A stretch of 64,000 nucleotides of DNA from an uncultured Candidatus Saccharibacteria bacterium. Lineage in GTDB: Bacteria; Patescibacteriota; Saccharimonadia; Saccharimonadales; Saccharimonadaceae. Made by a program: the position numbers and the translations under genes. Below the pieces are notes generated by a model, which saw nothing but the letters and a program-made list of their open reading frames with translations, made no database searches and was not told the DNA's origin. This document shows, in pieces, positions 63,417 through 64,000 of the stretch. The stretch is from assembly GCA_964568745.1 (NCBI GenBank), contig CAZMQX010000001.1, positions 13,408 to 77,407 of the forward strand, written 5' to 3'. Numbering within the stretch: position 1 is the first letter of the stretch; every line of letters starts with the position of its first letter.

Positions 63417-64000
63417 ATGTGCACAGGCGCTAGGTTTAGCGACGATCAAGGTAATATGTATTTCGGACGAAATTTGGACTGGTCTACTCCCTATGGGCAG
63501 AAGGTCGTGATTACACCACGGGGGTATAAGTACAAATCGGCATTCTTAGGTGAAATGTCTAATTCCCCAGCGTTGATTGGAATGGGGATTATCGCCGAGA
63601 ATACGCCATTATATTTTGATTGTGCGAATGAATGGGGGCTGGCGATTGCAGGACTAAACTTTCCTGGTTATGCGGCCTACGAGGCTGATGCTGTGGAAGG
63701 CAAGACTAATGTGGCGGCTTATGAATTCCCTCTTTGGGTGGCTTTGAATTTTAAGACGGTAGATGAAGCGGAAAAAGCCTTGAAAAACGTGGCGATTGTT
63801 TCTAAACCCATCAATGAGCAATATCCGGTGTCACAGCTTCACTGGATTATTGGGGACGCGAAGCGATCAATTGTGGTAGAATATACCGCTCAGGGTATGG
63901 AGATCTTCAAGAATGATGTGGACATTCTGACCAACCAGCCAGGATATGGGTGGCACAAGGAGAATTTGCGCAATTACATGAATCTCTTCCCGCAGATGCC
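63417..64000 (+). CDS. bsh: Bile salt hydrolase / choloylglycine hydrolase (Ntn hydrolase), runs off the window end
   Basis: Translated by hand: MCTGARFSDDQGNMYFGRNLDW...YFDCANEWGLAIAGLNFPGYA...YEFPLWVA...LHWIIGD...LTNQP...NLRNY; catalytic Cys2, Arg18, Asp21, Asn81; SD GGGAGG. Confidence 0.9.
   Translation, partial: MCTGARFSDDQGNMYFGRNLDWSTPYGQKVVITPRGYKYKSAFLGEMSNSPALIGMGIIAENTPLYFDCANEWGLAIAGLNFPGYAAYEADAVEGKTNVAAYEFPLWVALNFKTVDEAEKALKNVAIVSKPINEQYPVSQLHWIIGDAKRSIVVEYTAQGMEIFKNDVDILTNQPGYGWHKENLRNYMNLFPQM

Overview
A 64-kb chromosomal window from a reduced-genome bacterium. Gene content points to Saccharibacteria (TM7/CPR), probably a gut lineage; this is inferred from the sortase-PEGA-DUF4367 block, DUF3048, a lone VirB4/TrwB-like ATPase, a sigma70-r4/HARE-HTH protein and an Actinobacteria-like bile salt hydrolase, and was not tested by a database search. 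TGA is used as a stop (code 11). Most of the window is housekeeping: fusA, tuf, rpsJ, dnaE, smpB, xth, metK, gltX, der, pth, dprA, topA, the dcw cluster (rsmH-ftsL-ftsI-mraY-ftsW-murG), recJ, priA, a Mur ligase/DegT/FemAB operon, tRNA-Leu(CAA), tRNA-Glu(CTC) and a SAM-I riboswitch. The most striking unexplained signal is a set of 80-180 bp palindromic elements sitting in frame inside at least six intact genes (DegT aminotransferase, FemAB-2, xth, der, ftsI, priA). They fall into at least two sequence families, are read in different frames at different sites, and most are closed by 10-13 bp perfect inverted arms that are unique to each site. Also notable: two promoter-to-terminator units with no convincing ORF (candidate ncRNAs), a 21-aa SD-led ORF plus structured RNA inside the dcw cluster, an error-prone polymerase cassette overlapping metK behind the SAM riboswitch, a frameshifted VPNTG surface protein, and pervasive apparently leaderless genes. 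No CRISPR array, integrase or transposase was seen. All product names come from motif recognition by eye.
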